From Cylindrospermopsis raciborskii Cr2010 (GTDB lineage: Bacteria > Cyanobacteriota > Cyanobacteriia > Cyanobacteriales > Nostocaceae), in contig NZ_CP065936.1 of assembly GCF_003367075.2 (NCBI RefSeq), positions 1,200,001 to 1,232,000 on the forward strand: 32,000 nucleotides of DNA, in the 5' to 3' direction. A model generated the notes under the pieces. That model saw nothing but the letters and a program-made list of their open reading frames with translations, made no database searches and was not told where the DNA came from. The translations under genes and the position numbers were made by a program. Positions 1 to 10,729 of this stretch are shown here, piece by piece; position 1 is the stretch's first letter, and each line of letters opens with the position of its first letter.

Positions 1-2345
<2,345 letters not shown>

Positions 2346-2421
2346 AAAAGGTAATTCATTCTTATCAAAATATATGCAGTCTTCAGGGTTTTGAAGTGGA
2401 AACTTTAAAATCGACGAGTTT

Positions 2422-2540
2422 TCCTGGTGTCTATGGTGCGGTGGAACCACACTGATCCCTTCCCGAACTCAGAGGTGAAACGCTGTTGCGGCGACGATAG
2501 TATGGGGGTTGCCCCATGTCAAAATAGCTCGATGCCAGGT
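2422..2540 (+). rRNA. rrf: 5S ribosomal RNA
   Basis: tcctggtgtctatggtgcggtggaaccacactgatcccttcccgaactcagaggtgaaacg...gatgccaggt matches the cyanobacterial 5S consensus as I recall it. It lies about 75 nt after the 23S end, the usual operon order. Confidence 0.93.
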
Positions 2541-2552
2541 TTATTATTACAT

Positions 2553-2595
2553 AACCGCTCATTCCATGTATTATGGGGTGAGCGGTTTGATTTTA
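2553..2595 (+). terminator. rRNA operon intrinsic terminator
   Basis: Perfect 9-bp stem aaccgctca (2553-2561) / tgagcggtt (2579-2587) with a 17-nt loop, followed by tgatttta. It starts 13 nt after the 5S end. Confidence 0.55.
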
Positions 2596-2789
2596 CTTAC
2601 AAAACAGCGATCGCCTGTTTTTAAAAACATTTACCGTAGGTTGGGTTGAGGAACGAAACCCAACAAACCCCACTGTTAATTATGGGCGGTTCGGTTTTAC
2701 TTTCAAAACAGCGATCGCCTATTTTTAAAAACATTTACCGTAGGTTGGGTTGAGGAACGAAACCCAACAAACCCCACTATTAATTATGG
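2582..2789. repeat. Two tandem 104-bp units, each carrying a HIP1-centred palindrome and the 30-bp hairpin core cgtaggttgggttgaggaacgaaacccaac
   Basis: Unit 1 (2582-2685) and unit 2 (2686-2789) differ at only a few positions. The core sits at 2635-2664 and 2739-2768. A third partial copy of the unit start, gcggtttgattttac, is at 2820-2834. The 29-bp string at 2568-2596 recurs at 2806-2834 (26/29). Confidence 0.88.
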
Positions 2790-2862
2790 TGTACGTGAAT
2801 TGGTTGTATTATAGGGTGGGCGGTTTGATTTTACCCAAAATTTCTCAACTATCGTATTCATC

Positions 2863-3771
2863 ATGTTTTTTTTCAAGTTAAGAACAGCTACCACAAATAT
2901 TTTAGTAATTTCCTCAATAATTGCTCCCTTTTCAGCACAAGCGGAGCCAGTAGGCGTAGTACAGGAGGTTCAGAATGGTGCTGGGAACTTGAGTTCTCTT
3001 GATAATCAGACCGTGGATCCAGCCATATTGCGCCAGCAATTGAGAGTTAAGCCCATAAGGATAAATACCCAGCGGGTTTATTCCCCAGGTACATCCGCTG
3101 GTATTCCCTCAGGGTTTGGCACCAATTGGGGAGATTTGTATTTTGCCATTGCGGGTGCAACTGCAAATAGGGTGAGAAGAGAGATTATTGATGGGGGTGC
3201 ATCGGTTGCACTAGGTTTTGGCAATGCTAGGGATATTCTCGGTCTGGAGTTAAGTTACAGTCTCCTTAGTATAAGGAAATTTGGCAGAAATGGCTCTTTT
3301 AATGCCAAAGTCCACCGAATTGTTTATTCCAATCCTAACACCTATATTGCCACCGCCATTGGTTGGAATAACTTTGCCAGACATGGTGAGAATGACAGGG
3401 ATGCTGGAATAATCAATGGGCAATTCGTGGGTACTCCCTCGAGTGTTTACGGTGTGGTTAGTGCTTACCACTTTCTCAATCCCAAGTCAGCAAATCCCGT
3501 ACCAGTAAATATATCTTTGGGAGTGGGCGAAGCTCCGCTTTTTTCCAACTCCGGTCTGGGAATAATTGCAGGAGCTGGTATTCAAGTAACCCCAAATATT
3601 GGAGTCAGTACCGGATGGAGCGGGAAAGGATTAAATCTTGGAGTCTCCTATTTACCAGTGCGGACCTTACCTATGTCTCTCAATGTAATTTATGGGGATG
3701 TGTTTCAAAACACAGAACCTGGATCTGTATTGAGTTTTAGTCTTGGCTATGGTTTTAACTTTACTGACTAA
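2863..3771 (+). CDS. Exported hypothetical protein, possibly a small outer-membrane beta-barrel
   Basis: 302-aa ORF with an ATG start. N-terminal signal peptide (…SSIIAPFSAQA/EP). Gly/Ser/Asn-rich with alternating hydrophobic strands (GLELSYSLLSI, LSFSLGYGFNF) near the C-terminus. I do not recognise a family. Confidence 0.7.
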   Translation: MFFFKLRTATTNILVISSIIAPFSAQAEPVGVVQEVQNGAGNLSSLDNQTVDPAILRQQLRVKPIRINTQRVYSPGTSAGIPSGFGTNWGDLYFAIAGATANRVRREIIDGGASVALGFGNARDILGLELSYSLLSIRKFGRNGSFNAKVHRIVYSNPNTYIATAIGWNNFARHGENDRDAGIINGQFVGTPSSVYGVVSAYHFLNPKSANPVPVNISLGVGEAPLFSNSGLGIIAGAGIQVTPNIGVSTGWSGKGLNLGVSYLPVRTLPMSLNVIYGDVFQNTEPGSVLSFSLGYGFNFTD

Positions 3772-3876
3772 ATTATGGGTAATTTAACATACGTAAAGTA
3801 TATAACTACTGATGCCATGGTTTTAAACCGGCTATGCTACAATTTACCAATGTACTAACTCTGGAGATTTCCTTTT

Positions 3877-5820
3877 ATGAAACCTGTATTTCTGCTGACG
3901 ATTCTTTCTAGTTTGGGATTTACTTTTAGCATGTCGATCATGCCCACCCTTGCTGGTTCCGTTCCCGTGGGAGCAGCAAGCGGAGTCACTCTGCCAACCT
4001 CTTTAGACACAAGTAATATTTCACCACCAATAATTCCGCCCCCTGAAATTGCAACTCCTACTGCAGAGACTCCCCCTACGCAAACAACGCCTGCAGCACC
4101 TATTATCAGCCCAGATACTCAAGTTATATTAAACCAGACTGCTAGCCAGACCTTAGGAGAAATACAAGTAACAGCACCAGTTGTGGCAGATACAGTTATA
4201 TCTACAACGCCCGTAGTTGTGAGTAGTCCAGTTAATGAGATTACAATTACTACGAATAGTAACTCTACTGTGCCCAGCACTCCCATAACAGTAGTGACAC
4301 CAGCAGTTCCCAGCACTCCCATAACGGTAGTGACACCAGCAGTTCCCAGCACTCCCATAACGGTAGTGACACCAGCAGTTCCCAGCACTCCTACAACGGT
4401 GGCAACACCTCCAACTTCTAGCACTCCCATAACGGTAGTGACACCAGCAGTTCCCAGCACTCCCATAACGGTAGTGACACCAGCAGTTCCCAGCACTCCT
4501 ACAACGGTGGCAACACCTCCAACTTCTAGCACTCCCGCAACGGTAGTGACACCAGCAGTTCCCAGCACTCCCATAACGGTAGTGACACCAGCAGTTCCCA
4601 GCACTCCTACAACGGTGGCAACACCTCCAACTTCTAGCACTCCCGCAACGGTAGTGACACCAGCAGTTCCCAGCACTCCTACAACGGTGGCAACACCTCC
4701 AACTTCTAGCACTCCCATAACGGTAGTGACACCAGCAGTTCCCAGCACTCCTACAACGGTGGCAACACCTCCAACTTCTAGCACTCCCGCAACGGTGGTG
4801 ACACCAGCAGTTCCCAGCACTCCTACAACGGTGGCAACACCTCCAACTTCTAGCACTCCCGCAACGGTGGCAACATCCCCAACTCCTAGCAGTCCCGCAA
4901 CGGTGGTTACACCCCCAACGCCCAGCAATCCTGCAACCGTGGTTACATCCCCAACGTCCAGCACTCCTGCAACCGTGGTTACGTCCACAAATAATAATAA
5001 CTCAGCAACAACATCCACAAATAATAATAACTCAGCAACGTCCAGCACTCCTGCAGCCGTGGTTACGTCCACAAATAATAATAACTCAGCAACAACATCT
5101 GTAATTCCTAGTATTCCCGTAACGGCAGTGACGATCCCCACAAGTATCAATAACTCAGCAATAGTAGCAACACCATTACAAGCCGGTCGAAGTGTTGCAG
5201 ATCAAATATCGTTAGGGCAAGGAGTGGAGGTCACTAGCAACACAACCGCAGTACGTATTTTACCCATAAGCCCTACTGCCGATAGTCAAACCTTATCAAC
5301 CACTGCAACCGTTACAACTGCCAATAGACAAACCCTGAATTTAGTCTTGAAAGGCACATCTAACCAAATTGCTAACGCTGCCGGGTTTATTGCCACAGCC
5401 ACTTCCGCTGAATTATCTATATCCCAGATACAAACTGGCACTAGCATAGCTCTAACCGGAGCAAACTTTACTCAGGTAGCGGACTTGATCAATAGTTTGT
5501 CCGGTTTAATGGTAATTGGCACAAACCAGACCCTTGAGCCAAAATTGGAGAAAGGTCAGCTTCTGAGTTCATTAGCTAGTAATATCGTAAACAGTAGTAC
5601 ACTACCCTCCGATCCTAAGAATAAATCAGAATCAAACTCTAAATTAGTTCAAAGTGTAACTATAGAGCCTGTGCGGTTAAACAGGGCAATACTCATATTT
5701 AACCAGATTATTGACACAAGTGATGATGCCACGGTCACTGCGTTATCTAGGAACGTAGAGTTTACAACTATTGGTCAAGTGTTGAAACGTTTAAGTAAGG
5801 CTTTTGATAAGGAAAATTAG
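3877..5820 (+). CDS. Secreted Pro/Thr/Val-rich tandem-repeat protein with a non-repetitive C-terminal domain
   Basis: 647-aa ORF with ATG start and ggag about 12 nt upstream. Signal peptide (…MPTLAGS). About 20 copies of a 12-aa unit (PAVPSTPITVVT / PAVPSTPTTVAT / PPTSSTPATVVT), three STNNNNSAT(T) units, then a roughly 200-aa unique C-terminal region. Confidence 0.8.
   Translation: MKPVFLLTILSSLGFTFSMSIMPTLAGSVPVGAASGVTLPTSLDTSNISPPIIPPPEIATPTAETPPTQTTPAAPIISPDTQVILNQTASQTLGEIQVTAPVVADTVISTTPVVVSSPVNEITITTNSNSTVPSTPITVVTPAVPSTPITVVTPAVPSTPITVVTPAVPSTPTTVATPPTSSTPITVVTPAVPSTPITVVTPAVPSTPTTVATPPTSSTPATVVTPAVPSTPITVVTPAVPSTPTTVATPPTSSTPATVVTPAVPSTPTTVATPPTSSTPITVVTPAVPSTPTTVATPPTSSTPATVVTPAVPSTPTTVATPPTSSTPATVATSPTPSSPATVVTPPTPSNPATVVTSPTSSTPATVVTSTNNNNSATTSTNNNNSATSSTPAAVVTSTNNNNSATTSVIPSIPVTAVTIPTSINNSAIVATPLQAGRSVADQISLGQGVEVTSNTTAVRILPISPTADSQTLSTTATVTTANRQTLNLVLKGTSNQIANAAGFIATATSAELSISQIQTGTSIALTGANFTQVADLINSLSGLMVIGTNQTLEPKLEKGQLLSSLASNIVNSSTLPSDPKNKSESNSKLVQSVTIEPVRLNRAILIFNQIIDTSDDATVTALSRNVEFTTIGQVLKRLSKAFDKEN
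4268..5140 (+). repeat. Intragenic 36-bp (and composite 72-bp) tandem repeat array
   Basis: ccagcagttcccagcactcccataacggtagtgaca recurs with exact 36-bp phase (for example 4300 and 4336). Copies at 4300-4860 are near-identical at DNA level, and copies at 4860-5140 become progressively degenerate. Confidence 0.92.
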
Positions 5821-6355
5821 CTAATTAATCACCAAATATTGCTATACTCTTATTATGGCATACATACTACTCAGAAAAGCGGGCTAGCTGTTCTCCTGGC
5901 AAAATCTAGTGCGATCGCCTGAGAAGAATGAGAGAGCCTGCATATTAAATATTGACGTAAAAAGACTACTTTTGTTGCGTTACATCTTGCTAAAAAGCAT
6001 TATAACTATTACGGTGTCGGAATATTACACTCCCCCCTCTTAACGGGAAATACGACTCAAAAATTACGGTTGACACCAATTCGGAAACGTATTAATTCCC
6101 ATACATTATTCACAGGTAATGACAAGTTCAATCCATGAGCAAACCGTTTCAAACCCCATTTAGGTTCGGGAAACCGCCCTTCAGGGACTGACTACACAAG
6201 TTCAGTATATATATCGGCGTAATTTACGGTTTCAACTAAAAACTGGTTAAATGATGCTCAACTAACTGCTGATTGTCATCAGTTGGTTCAAAAGGTTAAA
6301 CATACAGCCCTTTATAATCCCATTCATTTGTAGTTATACGGAAGCAGCAGCTAAA

Positions 6356-8254
6356 ATGGCAAAAGTAGTAGGAATTGATTTAGGCACAACTAACTCTTGC
6401 GTAGCAGTAATGGAAGGTGGAAAACCTACTGTGATTGCTAATGCTGAGGGTTTTAGAACCACTCCATCTGTGGTAGCATTCGCTAAAAATGGTGATAACC
6501 TAGTGGGTCAGATCGCTAAGCGTCAAGCGGTGATGAATCCTGAAAATACTTTTTATTCAGTAAAACGCTTTATCGGTCGCCGTTTTGATGAGGTTACCAA
6601 TGAAGCTACAGAAGTTTCCTATAAAGTTCTTAGTAGTAGCGGTAATGTTAAATTACAATCTCCCGGTGCTGGTAAACAGTTTGCACCGGAGGAAATTTCT
6701 GCTAAAGTCCTGCGTAAATTGGTAGAAGATGCCAGTAAGTATCTGGGTGAAACCGTTACTCAAGCAGTAATTACTGTCCCCGCTTATTTCAACGATTCCC
6801 AACGCCAAGCTACCAAGGATGCTGGTAAAATTGCGGGCATTGAGGTACTGCGGATTATCAATGAACCCACAGCAGCTTCTTTGGCTTATGGCTTTGATAA
6901 GAAGAGTAATGAAACTATTCTAGTATTTGACCTTGGTGGTGGTACTTTTGATGTATCTGTGCTAGAGGTGGGGGATGGCGTTTTTGAAGTGTTGGCCACC
7001 TCTGGTGATACCCACCTGGGCGGTGATGACTTTGATAAGAAAATAGTTGACTTCTTGGCGGAGCAGTTCAAGCAAGTAGAGGGCATTGACCTGCGAAAAG
7101 ATAAACAAGCTCTACAAAGATTGACTGAAGCAGCTGAAAAGGCTAAAATTGAACTTTCCAGCGTTACTCAGGCGGAAATTAACCTTCCTTTTATTACCGC
7201 TACTCAGGATGGTCCAAAGCATTTAGATACTACCTTAACTCGAGCTAAATTTGAAGAGCTTTGCTCCGATTTAATAGACCGCTGTCGCATACCGGTGGAA
7301 AATGCGCTGCGCGATGCCAAATTAAATAAGAGCAATATTGATGAAGTGGTTCTAGTGGGTGGTTCTACCCGTATTCCTGCAGTTCAAGAGGTTGTAAAGC
7401 GAGTTTTAGGTAAAGACCCTAATCAAAGCGTTAACCCAGATGAGGTGGTAGCTGTAGGTGCTGCGATTCAAGCTGGTGTGCTTGCTGGTGATGTAACGGG
7501 TATATTATTATTAGACGTGACTCCCCTGTCTTTGGGTGTGGAAACCCTGGGCGGAGTAATGACTAAGATTATTCCTCGGAACACTACTATTCCTACCAAG
7601 AAGTCTGAGGTGTTCTCTACTGCGGTAGATGGTCAAACCAATGTGGAAATTCATGTTCTCCAAGGTGAACGGGAATTTGCTAATGATAACAAGAGTTTAG
7701 GAACTTTCCGTTTGGATGGTATTCCTCCTGCACCCCGTGGTGTTCCACAAATTGAAGTGACTTTTGATATTGACGCTAATGGTATCCTCAACGTTACCGC
7801 CAAAGATAAGGGAACTGGTAAGGAACAGTCTATTAGCATCACTGGTGCTTCTACTTTAGATAAGTCTGATGTAGAGCGCATGGTTAGGGAAGCGGAACAA
7901 AATGCTTCCACAGATAAGGAACGTCGTGAAAAGATTGAGCGCAAAAACCAGGCTGACTCTTTAGCTTATCAAGCAGAGAAGCAACTGCAAGACCTAGGGG
8001 ATAAAGTACCACAAGCGGACAAAACCAAAATTGATGGTTTAGTCAAAGAGCTGCGGGAAGCTGTAGCTAAGGAAGATGATGAGCAAATTAAGAAGTTAAC
8101 ACCGGAATTGCAACAAGCATTGTTTGCTGTAGGTAGCAACATCTATCAGCAACCCGGTGGTGCTACTCCTGATGCTGAAGCCCCCAACAGTGGAACTACT
8201 GGATCTTCTAGTGGTGATGATGTCATTGATGCCGACTTTACTGAAACTCGCTAA
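6356..8254 (+). CDS. dnaK: Molecular chaperone DnaK (Hsp70)
   Basis: 632 aa. Hsp70 signatures are present: [31 protein letters not shown]. The acidic C-terminal tail is typical of DnaK. Confidence 0.97.
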   Translation: MAKVVGIDLGTTNSCVAVMEGGKPTVIANAEGFRTTPSVVAFAKNGDNLVGQIAKRQAVMNPENTFYSVKRFIGRRFDEVTNEATEVSYKVLSSSGNVKLQSPGAGKQFAPEEISAKVLRKLVEDASKYLGETVTQAVITVPAYFNDSQRQATKDAGKIAGIEVLRIINEPTAASLAYGFDKKSNETILVFDLGGGTFDVSVLEVGDGVFEVLATSGDTHLGGDDFDKKIVDFLAEQFKQVEGIDLRKDKQALQRLTEAAEKAKIELSSVTQAEINLPFITATQDGPKHLDTTLTRAKFEELCSDLIDRCRIPVENALRDAKLNKSNIDEVVLVGGSTRIPAVQEVVKRVLGKDPNQSVNPDEVVAVGAAIQAGVLAGDVTGILLLDVTPLSLGVETLGGVMTKIIPRNTTIPTKKSEVFSTAVDGQTNVEIHVLQGEREFANDNKSLGTFRLDGIPPAPRGVPQIEVTFDIDANGILNVTAKDKGTGKEQSISITGASTLDKSDVERMVREAEQNASTDKERREKIERKNQADSLAYQAEKQLQDLGDKVPQADKTKIDGLVKELREAVAKEDDEQIKKLTPELQQALFAVGSNIYQQPGGATPDAEAPNSGTTGSSSGDDVIDADFTETR

Positions 8255-8261
8255 GAGTTGA

Positions 8262-8290
8262 AGGACGGGGAGTCAATTCCCCGTCTTATA
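8262..8290. terminator. Hairpin between convergent dnaK and the 123-aa gene (possible bidirectional terminator)
   Basis: 8-bp GC-rich stem gacgggga (8264-8271) / tccccgtc (8278-8285) with a 6-nt loop, then ttata on the + strand. It lies 8 nt after the dnaK stop. Confidence 0.55.
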
Positions 8291-8292
8291 GA

Positions 8293-8664
8293 TCATAGAC
8301 ACCGCAATAGTTTTGCCTTCTGGGACAGTTTTTCTAGGGACTTTTGGCGATCGCTACTTAACTTTCCATAGGTGTTTAGGATAGCAATTTCTTCTGGTGT
8401 GGGAATTTTTTTGGAGGATTCTTGACCGAGATCACTCAAGAGGGTAATTGACTCAATTTTTAACTGTTTATCTTGATGTTTTTGATACAGATCTCGGTAG
8501 GGAATAACCACTTGGGTTTGCCACTGATCGGAAGGACAATAGCTACGATCTATAATTACTGTAATACTGGGGGTTGCTAACACCAGCACTAACCCAGAAA
8601 CGAAAAGGCTGATCCAACCGGTGAGAACAATGGTAATTAATCTGTGGTTGAGGACGCTCTTCAT
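8293..8664 (-). CDS. Small membrane-anchored hypothetical protein (last gene of the vWA operon)
   Basis: 123-aa ORF with one N-terminal TM helix (LITIVLTGWISLFVSGLVLVLA). Its start is 33 bp downstream of the vWA gene stop on the same strand. Confidence 0.6.
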   Translation of the reverse strand: MKSVLNHRLITIVLTGWISLFVSGLVLVLATPSITVIIDRSYCPSDQWQTQVVIPYRDLYQKHQDKQLKIESITLLSDLGQESSKKIPTPEEIAILNTYGKLSSDRQKSLEKLSQKAKLLRCL

Positions 8665-8697
8665 GCTGACACTCCTATTTGAAAATACTCAATGAAC

Positions 8698-10425
8698 CTA
8701 TAAATTGACTTGGAATAATCCCTTGAGCAACTCTTGCACGTTTTCAGGAGTTCCCTTTTTCACAGTAGATTCCCGCAAAGCTGCGATCGCATTTAATTCT
8801 GCTTCATTGACTTCACCATATGCAATGGGATAAACGCGCACACCACTGTATTCAATAATCTCTTTTACTTCTTCAAAATTGAACCCCTGATTGGTTTGAC
8901 CATCCGTCAGTAATAACAGATAAAACTTACCATTAGGATTGGTTTTCTTTTGTTGTACCAGTTCCGATAAAGCCACCATCATGCCATCATACATTGCCGT
9001 GGCACCATCTGCTTGCAAATTGTCTATAGCTGCCAAAAAACGTTTGTGCTGAAGGTCATCAAAGGGGGCCAGTTTCACTAAATTAACAGGCTGATCTCCA
9101 TAGGTAACTAAGCCCACATAATTGCCTGGATTAATTTGTTGGCTGGCAATGCGTAGGCCATCTTTAACAGCATTTAAAGGATCTCCATACATAGAGCCAC
9201 TGGTATCAATAACGGCCATTAAATAAACCGTTTTTCCTGTGTCTTTTTGTGTTTTCCAAAATGTTTGTCCTAAACTTAAAACCTTGCCAGAAGGAACAGG
9301 AGGGACCTGTTTTTGTGCGAGATATTGTGCAACTTCTGGAGGCATTTGAGGTGCTAAATTTTGCATTGTATCAGATTGAGCAAATTTGGCAAATTGTTCT
9401 AACCCTTGCTGTTGCTCCGGAGTTGTCCATTTAAATTTAACTAAAGGATTATTATGGGGAACCCCAAAAGGAATAAAAATTGAGTTAGCAAATTCAGGAA
9501 TTTTTTTCAACGCATTAAAGGTCAATCCTTCACTTACAAAAACAGATAGTTTTTTAGGATCTCTTATGGCAATATCCTTTAGTTCCAATGTGGTCAATCC
9601 CGTTACTAAAACTTGTTTTTGAAAAGCTTGAAATAAAGAATTGACTTTGGGAGATTGTAAATCTAAGGTAGTTAAAGGTTGACCATTCTGTTGATGACCC
9701 GCCCCTCGCCAAAAAATTGTGTACAGGAGATTTAAGCCACTGGAACTGGTGTATGGATTGGTATAACCCACGGATAACTTGCCCGCCACTATGGCATCTA
9801 GTAATTGGTCTAAAGTAACTGTTTGTGATCCGAAAATTTCTTGTTTACTTTGTTGATTTAAAATAAAACCAGGCTGGTTTGGCAACAGTTTAGGGGTCAC
9901 CATATCAACCTCAACTCCTGCATTTTTCAACATAGCAATCCACAGTTCATTGGAAGGAGTGTAAGCAGTAGGTTGAACGACTTTAGATTCGATCATGCGC
10001 TGAGCGATACCGGAAGGAATATTGCGAACACCCACCTGAATTAATTTCCCAGAAGAGGTTTTGAAATTTTTAGCATTGAATTGATCTGTGACATCAATCA
10101 GCCACCTTTCATCTTCCTTTTGGGGATTAGCTTTATCTGGAGAACCAAAAATTTCGAGGTAAACATTTTCAGTGGTTTTAGGTGGACCATAAATGGGGTA
10201 TTTATCCAAAGATGGTAGGGGTTCTTGCACGGATTTAACGGAGTAGCTCTGGGCGGTTGCATCGGTAACTAATTGGTCTTTGACAGAAATACGTGGCAAG
10301 ACATTTCCTTGTAAAACCTCAACCGCTTGATCAAAGGAGCTAATCTTAGGAATACCGGAGCAAGAACCTAGTAATACTAAACACAGTCCTAGGAGGAAGA
10401 AAAGTGTGAATATAGCCTTTTTCAT
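8698..10425 (-). CDS. Lipoprotein with a periplasmic substrate-binding-like N-terminal region and a C-terminal von Willebrand factor A domain
   Basis: 575 aa. Signal peptide plus lipobox (LLGSC). Complete MIDAS motif VIDTSGSM, with later T and D residues (LLLTDGQTN) typical of vWA. Its start overlaps the upstream ORF stop (ATGA). Confidence 0.85.
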   Translation of the reverse strand: MKKAIFTLFFLLGLCLVLLGSCSGIPKISSFDQAVEVLQGNVLPRISVKDQLVTDATAQSYSVKSVQEPLPSLDKYPIYGPPKTTENVYLEIFGSPDKANPQKEDERWLIDVTDQFNAKNFKTSSGKLIQVGVRNIPSGIAQRMIESKVVQPTAYTPSNELWIAMLKNAGVEVDMVTPKLLPNQPGFILNQQSKQEIFGSQTVTLDQLLDAIVAGKLSVGYTNPYTSSSGLNLLYTIFWRGAGHQQNGQPLTTLDLQSPKVNSLFQAFQKQVLVTGLTTLELKDIAIRDPKKLSVFVSEGLTFNALKKIPEFANSIFIPFGVPHNNPLVKFKWTTPEQQQGLEQFAKFAQSDTMQNLAPQMPPEVAQYLAQKQVPPVPSGKVLSLGQTFWKTQKDTGKTVYLMAVIDTSGSMYGDPLNAVKDGLRIASQQINPGNYVGLVTYGDQPVNLVKLAPFDDLQHKRFLAAIDNLQADGATAMYDGMMVALSELVQQKKTNPNGKFYLLLLTDGQTNQGFNFEEVKEIIEYSGVRVYPIAYGEVNEAELNAIAALRESTVKKGTPENVQELLKGLFQVNL

Positions 10426-10729
10426 GATTTATTTTCCTGCGCTAGAGTGGAATCTTGAATAATAGTTTGGACAGCGGAACGATTTTCCTGGATCAAGGTT
10501 TTTAAAAACAGAGGAAGTTCAGTATTTACTGCATTTCTGTCCAAGGAAGATAATAGGACTTGATCTTGAAGTTGTTGCAAATTATGGTGAGTAGTTTTTA
10601 GGCGTTCTAAACTTGTCTGCAGGTGAGTTCTAGCAAGAGTCCGATAGTGATCGGTTTTCACCTGGTCTAGGGCTAAAATGGCATGAATCACCTGCTCAGA
10701 TAGATTCAACACTGTATATAGAGTTTCTA
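10422..10729 (-). pseudogene. C-terminal fragment of an IS-disrupted 2-TM/coiled-coil protein gene
   Basis: The ORF-track entry 10422..10757 borrows its first codons from the IS terminal repeat (ATG at 10739). Native sequence starts at 10729. It reads in frame with the fragment at 11486..11857 once the IS and one TSD copy are removed. Confidence 0.8.

Noticed and set aside
4268-5140. Regularly spaced 36-bp repeats that superficially resemble a CRISPR array
   Set aside because: There are no unique spacers between the repeats. The units are contiguous, in frame and encode a 12-aa peptide repeat inside a long ORF, and no cas genes are present.
4119-5150. 343-aa minus-strand ORF (Gly/Val/Thr-rich repeats)
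   Set aside because: It is antisense to the 36-bp tandem repeats of the 647-aa gene. The open frame is a by-product of the repeat periodicity, and it has no signal peptide, start context or unique sequence.
5821-6355. Search for a CIRCE (HrcA operator) inverted repeat upstream of dnaK
   Set aside because: I found nothing resembling TTAGCACTC-N9-GAGTGCTAA on either strand, so no HrcA site is claimed.
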